Assembly: GCA_963793655.1 (NCBI GenBank)
Contig: CAWCAV010000010.1
Span: forward strand, 285,455 to 349,454
Source of the DNA: an uncultured Actinomycetes bacterium
GTDB lineage: Bacteria > Actinomycetota > Thermoleophilia > Gaiellales > Gaiellaceae
Length of the DNA stretch: 64,000 nt
Direction: 5' to 3'
Shown here: one piece after another, positions 1-12,270 of the stretch
Numbering within the stretch: the stretch's first letter is position 1
Layout of the letters: each line of letters starts with the position of its first letter
Made by a program: the position numbers and the translations under genes
The notes under the pieces: generated by a model
The model's database searches: none
Seen by the model: only the letters and a program-made list of their open reading frames with translations
Told to the model about the DNA's origin: nothing

Positions 1-551
1 GCCGTACGGCTTGATGAACTCCTGCCAGTGCGGTCGGGCGTTCATCACGATCTCGGCCACGACCGGCTCGCCCAGCTCGCCGCCGTCGAGGAGCGAGCTG
101 CAGCGCCCGCATCGACTGGTCGTAGCGCATGTTGTGGTTGACGCCGAGCTTCACGCCCGGCCTCGTCGCAGAGCCGCACCATCTCGACGGCCTCGTCGAG
201 GGTGAAGGCCACGGGCTTCTGCGCCAGGATCCCCTTCACGTGCGGCCGCTTCACGGCCTCGCGGACGATGCCGAGCTGCTGGTCGGGCGGGAACGCGATG
301 TCGACGATCTCGACCCGTTCGTCGTCGAGCAGCTGCTGCCACGTGTCGTACGTCGTGGCGACGCCCCGCTCTGCCGCCGCTGCCTGCGCGTTCGCCGGCG
401 TACGGGACGCGATCGCGACCACGTCGAAGCCTGCCTCCGCGTACGCGACGAGGTGGATGTCCTTCATGATGAATCCGGCGCCGACGCAGCCGATCCCGTA
501 GTCGGTCTTCGGCGGCAGGTTCGGCCCGGTGTTGAGGTCGATGGCTCCCAT
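1..551 (-). CDS. Gfo/Idh/MocA family oxidoreductase (3' partial, frameshifted)
   Basis: GIGCVGAGFI Rossmann start, VDIAFPP and AQKPVA motifs; runs off the window. Confidence 0.9.
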
Positions 552-560
552 GTCCGGCCT

Positions 561-1383
561 CTACGCGCGGACGCCGAGGTCGCGCATGATCTCCGCCGTG
601 CCGTCGTAGGCCTTCTGCGCCCACTCGACGATCTCGTCGGGGTTCGGGGCGTACTCGAGCTCGATCGAGACGGTTCCGTCGTAGCCGGTGTCGCGAATCG
701 CTGCGAGGTACTCCTTGATCGGGCGTGACGCCCATGCCCGCGGGCATGTCGCCGTGCACCTTGCCGTCGCAGTCGGAGAGGTGGATGTGGCCGATCAGAC
801 CCGTCATCTCGTCTACGTCCTCGAAGGAGGCGTCCGACAGGTGGAGGTGCGAGATGTCGGCGTTCGCGCGCACGGCCGGATGGTCGATCTCCTTGACGAA
901 GCGGACGAGCTCGTGGACGTCCTTGAGCAGCGCCTCGTTGAACGGCTCGAGCTCGAGCACGATCTCGAGGCCCTTCGAGTGCGCGTACTCGCCGGCCTCC
1001 CGACCATCTCCTTCGCCATGTCCCAGATCGCAGGCCGCGGGAAGACCTCGCCGTCCCAGTAGTACTCGCCGACGACGAGCAGGACGTTGCGCGCGCCCAG
1101 GAACGCACCCTGGTCGACGTACGCCTTGATGCGGTCGAGCGTGAAACGGCGCACCGACGGGTTGAAGTCGACGATCCCGAAGGCGACGCAGACGACGGAG
1201 CGGATCGGCAGGCCCGACCTCCTCGCACGCCTGCTTGATCTCGGCGCGCTCGTCGTCGGTGATGTCGAGCGGATCCTCGAAGATGTCGTACGTGTCGAAG
1301 CCGATCTCCTTCGCCTTGCGGATCCCCTCGAGACGACCGACCGGCGTGTCGAACCAGATCGAGCTGATGATTCCGAGCTCCAC
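561..1383 (-). CDS. Sugar phosphate isomerase/epimerase (xylose isomerase-like TIM barrel), frameshifted
   Basis: LELEPFN, ADISH, HIHLSD and HGDMPAG metal motifs stitched from several frames. Confidence 0.88.
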
Positions 1384-1401
1384 GGTTGCTCTCCCTTCTC
1401 G

Positions 1402-2332
1402 TTAGGCGGTTGTCCAGTGCATCCCGGACGCGTCCTCCCGGGCGCGGCCCTCGAGCACGAGGGCCTGGAGGTGCGCGCGCATCGTCCCTCCGAGCTCGTT
1501 CGCCATCGCCGTGAACGGGCCGAGCTCGGGGTCGGCGCGCCCGACGAGGTCGGCCAGGCTCAGCTCGCCGGACTCCTCGAGCGCCGCCGCGACGAACCGG
1601 CCGGCGTCCTCGACGAAGGCGACGGTGTCGGCGAGGAAGCGCTCGACCTCGGCCCCTTCCATCACGTCGTAGTGCGCCGTCAGGAGCCGCCGCGGCCGGA
1701 GTGCGGAGACCGTTCGCGCGGCGCGGAGGTAGCCCTCGACGTCGAAGTACGGCGGCGGGCTGATCACGTTGCCCTCCATGTCGAGCAGGCCGCGGCCCAT
1801 CACGGCGTCCATCACGATCGCGGTGCGGGACGCGGGATCCCAGAGCCCGACGTGCCCTGCCGTGTGCCCCGGAAGGTGGAGGACCTCCACGACGAGCTCG
1901 GGCCCGAGGCGGATCCTCTCCCCGCCCCGCAGGCGGATATCCACCGGGCGGTCGGGGCCCATGGCCTCGGCGAGCCATGTGAGCACGTCGGGCGGGTACG
2001 CGAGGCCGTGCGGGGCGTACCAGCCGTAGCGCTCGCGCAGGATCGCCTCGGCGCTCTCGATCCAGGGCACGTCGAGCTCGTGTGCCAGGAAGACGGCATG
2101 GGGAGCCGCGCTCCGGATTGCTGCGTTGCCGCCGAAGTGGTCGACGTCCGCGTGGGAGTTGAGGACGAAGTCGGGCTGATTGCTCCGCGAGGAACGGGAG
2201 GATCACCTCGGCGGGCGTGTCCTGAACGCCCGTGTCGACGAGGAGCGAGCGCTCCCCGGAGAGCAGGTACTGGGAGAACGGGCGCGGCCCGAGAACGCTC
2301 TCGATGCGGTGGATACCGGGTGCGACTTCCAT
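1402..2332 (-). CDS. MBL-fold metallo-hydrolase, frameshifted
   Basis: LVDTG, SHADVDHFGG, PGHTAGH and LTAHY motifs. Confidence 0.88.
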
Positions 2333-2438
2333 GGCGGTCAGACGGCGCCCTCTGGGCGCTTCGCGCATTCAACCGCGCGCGCGGGAACGGCGAGGGGCGA
2401 GGCGGCGAGCGGGAGGCGGCGCGGGGGACGAGTCGCCG

Positions 2439-3161
2439 TCACGCGCTCTCGACTTCGTCGGGGGCCAGCGCGTAGAGGCCGAGTACGAACTCGTGGTGGC
2501 GGCTCATCAGGTCGAAGAGGATGCTCCGCGCGAGGTCCGGCTCGCCCGCCTCGATCGCGTCGACGAGAGCGCCGTGCGCGTCGACGCTGAACTGGAGGCT
2601 GCCGAAACGCTGGATCCCTGCGGCCGCCGCGAGTTCGATGTCGGTGCGCAGGAGCGCGCGAAGGTCGCGGACAGCGTGAAGGAGGAATCGGTTGCTGGCG
2701 GCGCGAGCGAGCGCGAGGTGGAACTCGATGTCGGCTTCGGGGTACACGGCCGCGTCGGCCGCCGACTCCTGCATCCTCTCCACCGCGCCCCGCAGGTGTT
2801 CGACGTCCTCCGCGGATGCGCGCTCGGCCGCCATGCCGGCGAGGCCCAGCGCGAGGAGCTCACGGGCTTCGATCAGTTCCTCGATATCCTTCCGGCCCAC
2901 AGGGACGCCGTCGCGCTGGAGTGACGGGGCGAGCTCGGCAACGTATGTCCCACGTCCCGCCCTGGTCTCGACATGCCCGTCCCCGATCAGGATGCTGATC
3001 GCCTCGCGGGCCGCCCCGAGGCTGACGCCGTAGTGGGCGGCGAGATCGCGGTGGCCGGGGAGTTGATCGCCCGGTCGTAGCGCTCCTTGGGCGATCTGTG
3101 ACCGCAGCTCGTCGGCGATCTTCGCCGGCAGGCTGACTCGCGTTGAGGGCCGTGAGGCCAG
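2439..3161 (-). CDS. FadR/GntR family transcriptional regulator (probable CTG start)
   Basis: The ORF 2439-2900 frame extends upstream through LRPGDQLPGHRDLAAHYGVSLGAAREAI (wHTH) to a CTG preceded by GGGAGGG; FCD domain ADIEFH. Confidence 0.85.
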   Translation of the reverse strand: MASRPSTRVSLPAKIADELRSQIAQGALRPGDQLPGHRDLAAHYGVSLGAAREAISILIGDGHVETRAGRGTYVAELAPSLQRDGVPVGRKDIEELIEARELLALGLAGMAAERASAEDVEHLRGAVERMQESAADAAVYPEADIEFHLALARAASNRFLLHAVRDLRALLRTDIELAAAAGIQRFGSLQFSVDAHGALVDAIEAGEPDLARSILFDLMSRHHEFVLGLYALAPDEVESA

Positions 3162-3396
3162 TCGTTCCCTCCCTACTGTTCTGAACAGCGAGGCGCCCGA
3201 CGCTAACAGCGCGTGAGAGCGACGTCAACGACAGGTACTGCGGTGACGAACTCATTGATCTTCTAACATCCGCGCGGTGCATGCCGTCGTAGTGATCACA
3301 CTCTGGACAATCGCGGGAACCCTGGTATAGGGTCGCGCGCAAGAAGAGTTCGGAACTGTGACTCGCAGTTCCGCGTCCCCGACGAGGGAGGGCTTC

Positions 3397-5091
3397 ATGC
3401 ACGACGAAGAGAGGCTCGAGGAGCCTGCCGAGGCCGGCGTGGAAGGCGAGGTGGGAAGCGGGGACGGCGCAGCCGTCAGTCGCCTCACGTTCCTGGCTGG
3501 AGCCGGTGCCGCGGGCGCCGGGCTGCTTCTCGGATCCGCTGGTGCTGCCGCGGCGAAGGGCTTCGACAAGTCCGCGTACAACGCGCATCTCGGCAAGCGC
3601 GCCTTGTCGCGCGGCATGGTGGGAGGCCCCACCGGGTTCCCCGGGGCTTCGAGGTACCAGTACCCCGCGAACTCGGCCGAAGGGCGAGCGATCGCAGGCC
3701 TGCGTCGGCTCACGAACAACGGCCAGAACCCCATCACGCTCAGGTGGCGAATCTGGAACGGCGCCGTCGGTCAGTTGAACAAGCCGTATCCCACGAAGAC
3801 CGCCCCGAGCGTCGAGCAGCTCCTCGAGAAGGAAGCCGGCATCAAGCTCGAGTTCGTCCTCTCAACGCCGGACAACAATGATCAGAAGAACCTCCAGACC
3901 GTCTCGACGCGTGACGGAAGCCTCCAGATCCTCCAGACACAGACCAACCAGAACGGCGATCTGCGCGAGGCGGGCCTCCTCCGGCCGCTGGACGACTTCG
4001 TGGCGAAGTACAGGCCCGACTGGAATGACCCCAAGTGGGGTTACGCGGGCGGGAAGGCCACGACGGCGCTCTTCAACGAGTACAACGGCGAGGCAGTCTC
4101 GGTCTCGACGGACGGGGACTACCAGGTCTGGGTCTACCGGATCGACCTGTTCGACAACGCGAAGAACCAGCGGGACTTCAAGGCCAAGTACGGACGCGAC
4201 CTCGAGTTCCCGAAGACCTGGGAGCACCACGCACAGGTGGCGGAGTTCTTCACCCGGCCGGACCAGAAGCTCTACGGCTCCGTCGATCTGAAGAACCCGT
4301 TCTGGGGGTACGTCAACTGGATGATGCGATACGTCTCGAGCGGGCGGCCGAACCGCCAGTACTTCGACGCGCGGACGGCGAAGCCGCTGATCAACAGCCC
4401 CCAGGGCATCAGGGCGACGAAGGAGCACCTCGCCTCGATGGCGTGGACCTACCCGGACACGCTCTCCAAGGGCTGGCCGGAGGAGTACGCCGCGCTCGGT
4501 GCCGGGCAGGCGGCCATGGCCAGCGTGTTCTCGAACGCGACGAAGTTCATCGTCAAGGGCAGCCCCCTCGACAAGGGCTTCGGCAAGTTCCTGCGCCCCG
4601 AGCTCGCTCCGGGCCGAGTCGTCAACGGCAAGCTGGTGCGCCGGCCGGTGATCTACTTCAACTCGCAGTTCGGGGTCAATGCGTTCTCCGACAAGAAGTT
4701 CCACGAGGCGGCGTACCTCGTCCTCCAGTACATCTCGGGCGGCCGGATCTCGTCCTGGTACACCGGGAACCCCGGCGGGTACTTCGACCCCAACCGCCTC
4801 GCCCAGCTGAACGATCCGCTCGTCCGGGCCTCGTACAAGCCGTACGCGGCGGACAAGCTCAAGCAGCTCATCCCACGGACTGCGCCCACGATCGCCGGCA
4901 TGATCGGCGCGGCCGAGTACACCCAGGCGCTCGACACCGAGCTCCAGAAGGTGCTCTCGAAGCAGACGTCGGCGGAGGCGGCGATGGCGGCCGTGGCGAA
5001 CTCATGGGAGAAGATCACGAATCGCCGCGGGCGGGCCAAGCAGATCAGGGCGCTCAAGGCGCAGCAGGCGGCTTGGCCGAAGCTCCTCTGA
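3397..5091 (+). CDS. Sugar ABC transporter substrate-binding protein with Tat-like signal
   Basis: SRLTFL followed by hydrophobic/AxA signal; YRIDLF and PKTWE motifs; first gene of ABC operon. Confidence 0.88.
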   Translation: MHDEERLEEPAEAGVEGEVGSGDGAAVSRLTFLAGAGAAGAGLLLGSAGAAAAKGFDKSAYNAHLGKRALSRGMVGGPTGFPGASRYQYPANSAEGRAIAGLRRLTNNGQNPITLRWRIWNGAVGQLNKPYPTKTAPSVEQLLEKEAGIKLEFVLSTPDNNDQKNLQTVSTRDGSLQILQTQTNQNGDLREAGLLRPLDDFVAKYRPDWNDPKWGYAGGKATTALFNEYNGEAVSVSTDGDYQVWVYRIDLFDNAKNQRDFKAKYGRDLEFPKTWEHHAQVAEFFTRPDQKLYGSVDLKNPFWGYVNWMMRYVSSGRPNRQYFDARTAKPLINSPQGIRATKEHLASMAWTYPDTLSKGWPEEYAALGAGQAAMASVFSNATKFIVKGSPLDKGFGKFLRPELAPGRVVNGKLVRRPVIYFNSQFGVNAFSDKKFHEAAYLVLQYISGGRISSWYTGNPGGYFDPNRLAQLNDPLVRASYKPYAADKLKQLIPRTAPTIAGMIGAAEYTQALDTELQKVLSKQTSAEAAMAAVANSWEKITNRRGRAKQIRALKAQQAAWPKLL

Positions 5092-6122
5092 TCGACGAGG
5101 CCGAGTCGACGGGCCAGCAGGCGCCAAAGGGGCGCTTGCTGGCCCGCTTCGCGCGGTCGGAGGGAGCGGTCGCCCAGACCCTGATCACGCCGGGGCAGCT
5201 GCTGCTGCTCTTCGTGATCCTGTTCCCGGCGGTCGTCGCGATCTACATCTGGTTCACGGGCTGGACGCCCCAGAGCGGGACGCCATGGTACGACGCCTAC
5301 AGAGACTGGCTGTGGTTCGACAACTACTGGGAGGCGATCTCGGGGGACGCCTTTTGGTCAGCGCTGTGGCGGACCGTGCTCGTCACCGTGCTTGCCGTGA
5401 CAATCGAGTTCGCGCTCGGGTTCGCCCTCGCGCTGCTCGTCCTGAAGCAGTTCCGCGGGCGCGGCCTGCTCGTCGTCGTGTTCCTGCTGCCGATGATGGT
5501 CGTGCCGGCCGTGACGGGCTTCATCTTCTACATGCTCTTCCAGGGCGACGGGCCCGTGAACGCGGCCTTGTCGTGCGCTGTTGCCCGGGACGATCGACAT
5601 TGGCTGGCTGACGGACCCGGACATCGCGCTCTACTCCGTCGTCATCGCCGACATCTGGCAGTGGACGCCGCTGATGTTCCTGATCCTGCTCGCCGGGCTG
5701 GTGGCGTTACCGGAGGATCAGATGAACGCCGCCCGCATCCTCGGCGCGGGGTGGTTCTCCAGCTCCGCCACTCGTGCTGCCGATGATGAAGCCGATCATC
5801 CTGATCGCGCTGATCATCCGCGCGATGGAGGCGTTCAAGATCTTCGACTCCGCCTGGCTGCATGACACAGGGCGGCCCCGGCGACGCGACCCAGACGATC
5901 TCCGTCTACCTCTACCGGGAGACGTTCATCGGAACCCGCTGGGGATACGCGAGCGCTGTCGCGATCATCGTGCTGATCATCGTCAGCGTGATCGCGATGC
6001 GGGCGATCCGGCCGATCGAGGCCGCGTCGGAGGAGATCGCGGAGGAAGGCGCCCCGCCGCCGACGGGGGAGGTCGGCATCACGCTCGAGGAGGCCATCGA
6101 GGCTGAGGCTACGGCACGATGA
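5088..6122 (+). CDS. Sugar ABC transporter permease (MalF-like), frameshifted; start approximate
   Basis: DIWQWTP, LAGLVALPEDQMNAARILGA (EAA loop), TQGGPGDATQT. Confidence 0.88.
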
Positions 6123-6994
6123 CGCGGTCTCGAGGTACTCCGGAGAGGCGGCAAGGTGCTCTCGATCCTGCTCTTCGCGGTCGTCTTCCTGTTCCCGCTC
6201 TACTGGATCGTGACGATGGCGTTCAAGCCGCAGGACGAATGGCAGCCGGCGACGGCGTCTACTGGCTACCGCACGAACCCGACGCTCGAGAACTTCAAGA
6301 CGATCTTCGGCCGCGGAACGGAGACCGGGCTTCTTCGAGGCGGCGCCGACCGACGCCACGAACTCGATCGTGAACAGCCTCGTCGCTGCGACCGGCGGGA
6401 CGCTCCTCGCACTGCTCGTCGGGACGCTTCACGGCCTACGGGATCGCGCGCTACCGCGCGGGCGGCCGGATGCTGCCATTCCAGATCCTGCAGCTGCGCA
6501 TGTTCCCGCCGATCGCGATCATCATCCCGCTGCTGTTCATGTACGTCGTACCTGGAACTCGTCGACACGCTACATCGGGCTCATCTTGATCTACGGCGCG
6601 GTCACCTTCCCGTTCGTCGTGTGGCTGATGCGGAGCTTCTTCCAGGAGGTACCTCGCGAGATCGCGGAGGCGGCGATCGTGGACGGCTGCACGCCAGTGG
6701 GGCGCATTCTTCAAGGCCGTGCTGCCGCAGGTGCAAGGGCGGCCTGGCCGCGACGGCGCTGTTCGTGTTCATCCTCAACTGGAGCGACTTCCTGATCGCG
6801 CTCGTGCTCACGGCCGAACAACGTCGAGACCGCCCCCGTCTTCCTGAACGGGCTGCAGTCCGGCTGGGGCGGGCCAGGAGTACGGACCTCAGGCGGCGCT
6901 CGGACTGATCCTCATCATCCCGCCGGCGATCCTCGGGCTCGCGATCCAGCGCTACCTCGTACGCGGGCTGACCTTCGGCGCGATCAAGCGGTAG
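6119..6994 (+). CDS. Sugar ABC transporter permease (MalG-like), frameshifted
   Basis: FPLYWIV, EIAEAAIVDG, FILNWSDF, QRYLVRGLTFGAIK. Confidence 0.88.
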
Positions 6995-6996
6995 TC

Positions 6997-8031
<1,035 letters not shown>

Positions 8032-8032
<1 letters not shown>

Positions 8033-9153
8033 TGGCCGGGATCAGGCTCGACGGCGTGACGAAGCGGTTCGGGGCAGTGACGGCGCTCGACGACGTCTCT
8101 CTCGAGGTGGAGGATGGCGAGTTCTTCGCCGTTCTCGGCCCTCCCGGCGCAGGAAAGACGACGATGCTGCGCACGATCGTCGGCCTGGAGAAGCCCGACC
8201 AAGGCGACGTGTACGCCGGGGGCGAGCGCATCACCGACGTCTACCCCGGCGACCGGGACATCGCGATCATGTTCCAGAACCTCGCGCTCTACCCCGACAA
8301 GTCGGTGCGCGACAATCTCGCGTTCCCGCTGAGGCAGGCAAGAGTGCCGAAGCGGGAGATCGAGCGCCGCGTATCGGAGGTCGCGGCGGTGCTGAAGATC
8401 GAGCCCCTTCTCAAGCGCAAGCCCGCGAAGCTGTCGGGAGGCGAGCGTCAGCGGGTGGCGCTCGGCCGCGCGATGGTGCGCGACCCCCGGGCGCTCCTTC
8501 TCGACGAGCCGCTCTCCGCGCTCGACGCGCTGCTGCGCATGGAGATGCGCGCCGAGCTGAAGCGGCTCCAGCGCGAGCTCGGCCGCACGGTCGTCTACGT
8601 CACTCACGATCAGATCGAAGCGATGAGCATGGCAGATCGTGTTGCCGTCCTACGGCAGGGGCGGCTCCAACAGATCGCGCCCCCGGAGGACATCTACCAC
8701 CGGCCCGCCAACCGGTTCGTGGCGACGGTCGTCGGGTCGCCCCCTATGAACTTTCTCCACGGAGCCGCGGCCTGGGCCGACGGCCATCTCGAGGTGCACC
8801 ACACCCAATTCGACCTCGAGGTTGCCGCCGACGCCTCCACTCCTCTGCGCGGGCGCGTGGAGGAAGGCGCCGTGTGCATGATCGGCGTTCGCCCGGAGGA
8901 CGTCGGCGTCCGGTCGGAGGGCGGCATCCCTGCGACCGTCGTCACGACCGAGCCGCTCGGCGGTGAGACGGTCGTCGATCTCGAGCTCGGCGACAGGATC
9001 ACCAAGGCGCTGGTCGACCCGACGCTGGACCTCGCCGACGGCCAAGCCACGACGGTCGCGCTGGACGTCCGCCGTCTGCACCTGTTCGACCATGCCGGCG
9101 AGGCACTGCTCTCCGCGGCCGGCGACGACATCTTCGGCGTCCGGGTGCGATGA
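8032..9153 (+). CDS. Sugar ABC transporter ATP-binding protein
   Basis: GPPGAGKT, LSGGERQR, LLDEP, TOBE-like C-terminus. Confidence 0.95.
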
Positions 9154-9187
9154 CCGGACGCGACTCCGCGTCGAGACGAAGGAGGCC

Positions 9188-10440
9188 GTGGTGTTCACAG
9201 CGACGAAGGACCTGATGCTCCCCGCGACGGTGACGGGCTCGTGGCCGCGTCCCCGTTGGTACACGCAGAACATGTGGGGCCGGCCGCTCGACACCGCGAT
9301 GATGGATCCGTGGTTCCGCGAGCAGTTCGCCGACGCACACGCGATCGTGGTCTCCGACCAGGAGCGGGCCGGCCTCGACATCCTGACGACCGGGGACTAC
9401 CACCTCGACGAGGACGTCGCGGGCCGCTCGTGGCATCACTACCCGCTCCAGCGCTGGAAGGGGCTCGAGCACGAGGAGCTGCAGACGCGCGAACACGCGC
9501 TCGCCGCTGCTCTCCTACCCGGCGGGGACGATGCTCGACTCGATCTACAAGACATGGCGCTGGCCGCGCGTCGTCGGCAAGGTCGAGCACGACCCGAAGA
9601 ACCCGCTCGAGTACGCGAAGATCTGGCGGATCGCCCAGCAGAGCGCGGCGTCGGGCAAGCCGGTCAAGTTCGGGACGTGCTCCGCGCAGGTGCTGGCGTT
9701 CTTCCTCGACAGCCACACCGACCACTACGACCTCGACGACAAGAAGCAGCTGATCTGGGACATGGCGGAGGCGATGAACCTGGAGCTGCGGCAGCTGGCC
9801 GCGTCGGGCTGCAAGGTCATCCAGGTCGAGGAGCCGACGCTCCATTTCATAGCCTGCTACTACCCGGAGGAGACGGAGCTGCTCGACTTCCTCGTCGACT
9901 GCTTCAACCGCGAGATCGAGGGCCTCGACGACGTGGAGATCTGGATCCACACCTGCTGGGGCAATCCGAACATGCAGAAGGTCTTCAGCGACGAGTCGTA
10001 CGCGAACTCCGATCGAGATCTACCTCGAGCGCCTCAAGAGGCGACGTCTGGACGGTCGAGGCGACGGAGAACGACCTCCGCGAGCTCCCGCTCTTCGAGC
10101 CCTACCGGGACTCCCTGAAGAAGAAGGTCGCCGTCGGCGTGGTCGAGCCACCGCACGCTGCAGGCCGACTTCCCCGAGGTGGTCGCCGACCGGATCCGTC
10201 GAGCGCTGGAGTACATCCCCGCCGACAAGCTCGTGCTCTCGACCGACTGCGGCTTCGGCCGACAGGGATTCAACCGGCACCTCGCGTTCTACAAGGCGTC
10301 GGCGATCCCACAGGCGCGCAACATCGTGCTGCAAGGAGCTCGGCCTGGATCCGCGCTATATCGCCGCCCAGGACGACGGGCTCGCGTGGGACCAGCTGCC
10401 CGACGACGAGCCGTTCACCCACCTCAAGCCGCTGCGATAG
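9188..10440 (+). CDS. Cobalamin-independent methionine synthase II family (MetE C-terminal core only), frameshifted
   Basis: TVTGSWPRP, DQERAGLDILTTGDY, IQVEEP, Zn ligands HTCWGN...E...TDCGFG. Confidence 0.88.
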
Positions 10441-10453
10441 GAGAACCGACACC

Positions 10454-11296
10454 ATGCCACGCTTCGCCGTCTCGGAGTTCTCGACGCTCAATCTCGGCTT
10501 CGACGAGGACCTCGTCGCCTACGCGGCGGGCGGCGCCGAGGGAATCGGTCTCGCCGAAGCGAAGCTGCCCGACGGGGAGGACGTCGAGTCGCTCCGCAAG
10601 CTGCGCGAGAGCGGCCTCACCGCGACGATCTGCCTGCCGACGATGCTGTCGGTGCTCCCGATGCCGCCGTTCCCCGGGCCGGACGACCCGCACGAGCGAG
10701 TCGAGTCGCTCTGTGCATCGGTCAGGCGGCTCGCGGCCTTTGAGCCGGTGACGTTGCTCGTGCTCACCGGGCCCGCCGGCGACCGCGATCCGGCCGAAGC
10801 GCGGCAGATCGTCGTGGAGGGGTTGCGCGAGGTTGCCCGCACGGCCAGGGAGGTGGGCGTGCGGATCGCGCTCGAGCCGATCCACGCCTCGGCCCGCGAC
10901 GAGTTCACGATGGTCGACACGATCCCGGACACCATTGCGCTCGTGGAGGAAGTCGGCGAGCCGATGGGGATCATGTTCGATACCTGGCACCTGTGGGACA
11001 CGCCGAACGTGCTCGACCACATCCGTGCCGAGGCGCATCGGTTCCCGGCCGTCCACATCAACGACTGGCGGGAGGAGACCCGCGGCTGGGACGACCGCGC
11101 ACTCCCGGGCGAGGGGGTCATGGACCTGCCCGCGATCTTCGGCGCCCTCGAGGACGGCGGTTTCGACGGCTGGTTCGAGCTCGAGGTGTTCTCGACGGAG
11201 ACCTATCCGGACTCGTTGCTCAAGCTCGACCCTGCGGAGCTCGTGCGACGGGGGAAGGCGGGGTTCGAGGTCGCGTGGGCGTCGCGACGGGGCTGA
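10454..11296 (+). CDS. Sugar phosphate isomerase/epimerase family protein
   Basis: ALEPIH, FDTWH, VHIND, DRALPGEG, FELEVF. Confidence 0.9.
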   Translation: MPRFAVSEFSTLNLGFDEDLVAYAAGGAEGIGLAEAKLPDGEDVESLRKLRESGLTATICLPTMLSVLPMPPFPGPDDPHERVESLCASVRRLAAFEPVTLLVLTGPAGDRDPAEARQIVVEGLREVARTAREVGVRIALEPIHASARDEFTMVDTIPDTIALVEEVGEPMGIMFDTWHLWDTPNVLDHIRAEAHRFPAVHINDWREETRGWDDRALPGEGVMDLPAIFGALEDGGFDGWFELEVFSTETYPDSLLKLDPAELVRRGKAGFEVAWASRRG

Positions 11297-11330
11297 CGGG
11301 AGGAGACGTCACGAGCGACGCGCTCCCGGC

Positions 11331-11630
11331 TCACTCCTCGTGGATGCCGCCCGACCGTGCGAGACGGAGGAGGAGCTCACGATCGTGGGCGGCGTCGAGG
11401 CGCTCCACCTCCGCCGTCACCTCCGTCTCGAGATCCGCGCCACACGGCCTGGTGGTGCGGCGCCAGGCCTCGAGGTAGGCGTCGCTCTCGATCAGGCCGG
11501 CCGCCATCGCGGCCGCGTCGATCGCCTTCTGAAACCGGTCTGGAAGCTCGCGGCGCGCCGTGGTCAGCCCGTCGCTGGCGGTGACCTGGGCCGGGATGTC
11601 GCGCCACAGGATCGTGGTCAGCTCAGCCAC
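11331..11630 (-). CDS. Small 'virulence factor' domain protein typical of corrinoid/MTHFR clusters
   Basis: WRDIPAQV...RFQKAIDAAAM...YLEAW; gene context. Confidence 0.8.
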   Translation of the reverse strand: MAELTTILWRDIPAQVTASDGLTTARRELPDRFQKAIDAAAMAAGLIESDAYLEAWRRTTRPCGADLETEVTAEVERLDAAHDRELLLRLARSGGIHEE

Positions 11631-12270
11631 GGCGTTGCTCCTCGACGAAGCGCTCCAGTGCCGGCCGCAACCCGCCGTAGCCCGTGCGACGCAACTCGAA
11701 GCCGAGGCCGAGTCGTTCCGCCGCGGCCTCGGCTTGCACGACCAGGGTGGGGTCGTCCGTCTGGGCGAGATAGACCAGTCGCCGGTAGTTGCCGAACACG
11801 TCGTCGCGAAGCTCGGGGTGCCGGTCGAGCCCGAGGCCGCGGATCACGAGCGCGTCGAAGTGCCGGACGAGGAAATCAGTGAGATAGAAGGTGCCCGGCT
11901 CCGCCTCCTGCAGCTCGTCCCAGGCCGCGGCGCCGGCGTAGAAGGCGTAGCAGTGCGCTCCGGGAAGCCGCTCGACGCCGTGCTGCTCGAGCACCGCGTC
12001 GAGGGCGCCGGCCGTACCACAGTCGGCGTACGCGACGAAGACGGCGTCGTAACCGGCTGCCAACTCGCGGAGCATCGCGTCGACGGCGCCCGCGATCGCG
12101 CGTGGCTCGTTGTGCAGGCGTGCGGGCAGGCACCGCACGTCGACGTGCGTCCACCCGTTGAGCCGGACGACGGCGAGCACCTCGCGCGCGACCGCACCGC
12201 AGGCGACGACCAGCCGGGTGGGCTCGGCCTCGGGGGAGGAGGCAGCCTCATGGTCGACGAGGGTGCTCAT
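11623..12270 (-). CDS. DUF1638 domain protein
   Basis: ACGAVARE, CLPARLHN, YADCGT, HCYAFY, GTFYLTDF. Confidence 0.85.
   Translation of the reverse strand: MSTLVDHEAASSPEAEPTRLVVACGAVAREVLAVVRLNGWTHVDVRCLPARLHNEPRAIAGAVDAMLRELAAGYDAVFVAYADCGTAGALDAVLEQHGVERLPGAHCYAFYAGAAAWDELQEAEPGTFYLTDFLVRHFDALVIRGLGLDRHPELRDDVFGNYRRLVYLAQTDDPTLVVQAEAAAERLGLGFELRRTGYGGLRPALERFVEEQRRG

Noticed and set aside
11331-11630. Pathogenicity factor
   Set aside because: The domain name is historical; context is corrinoid/folate metabolism
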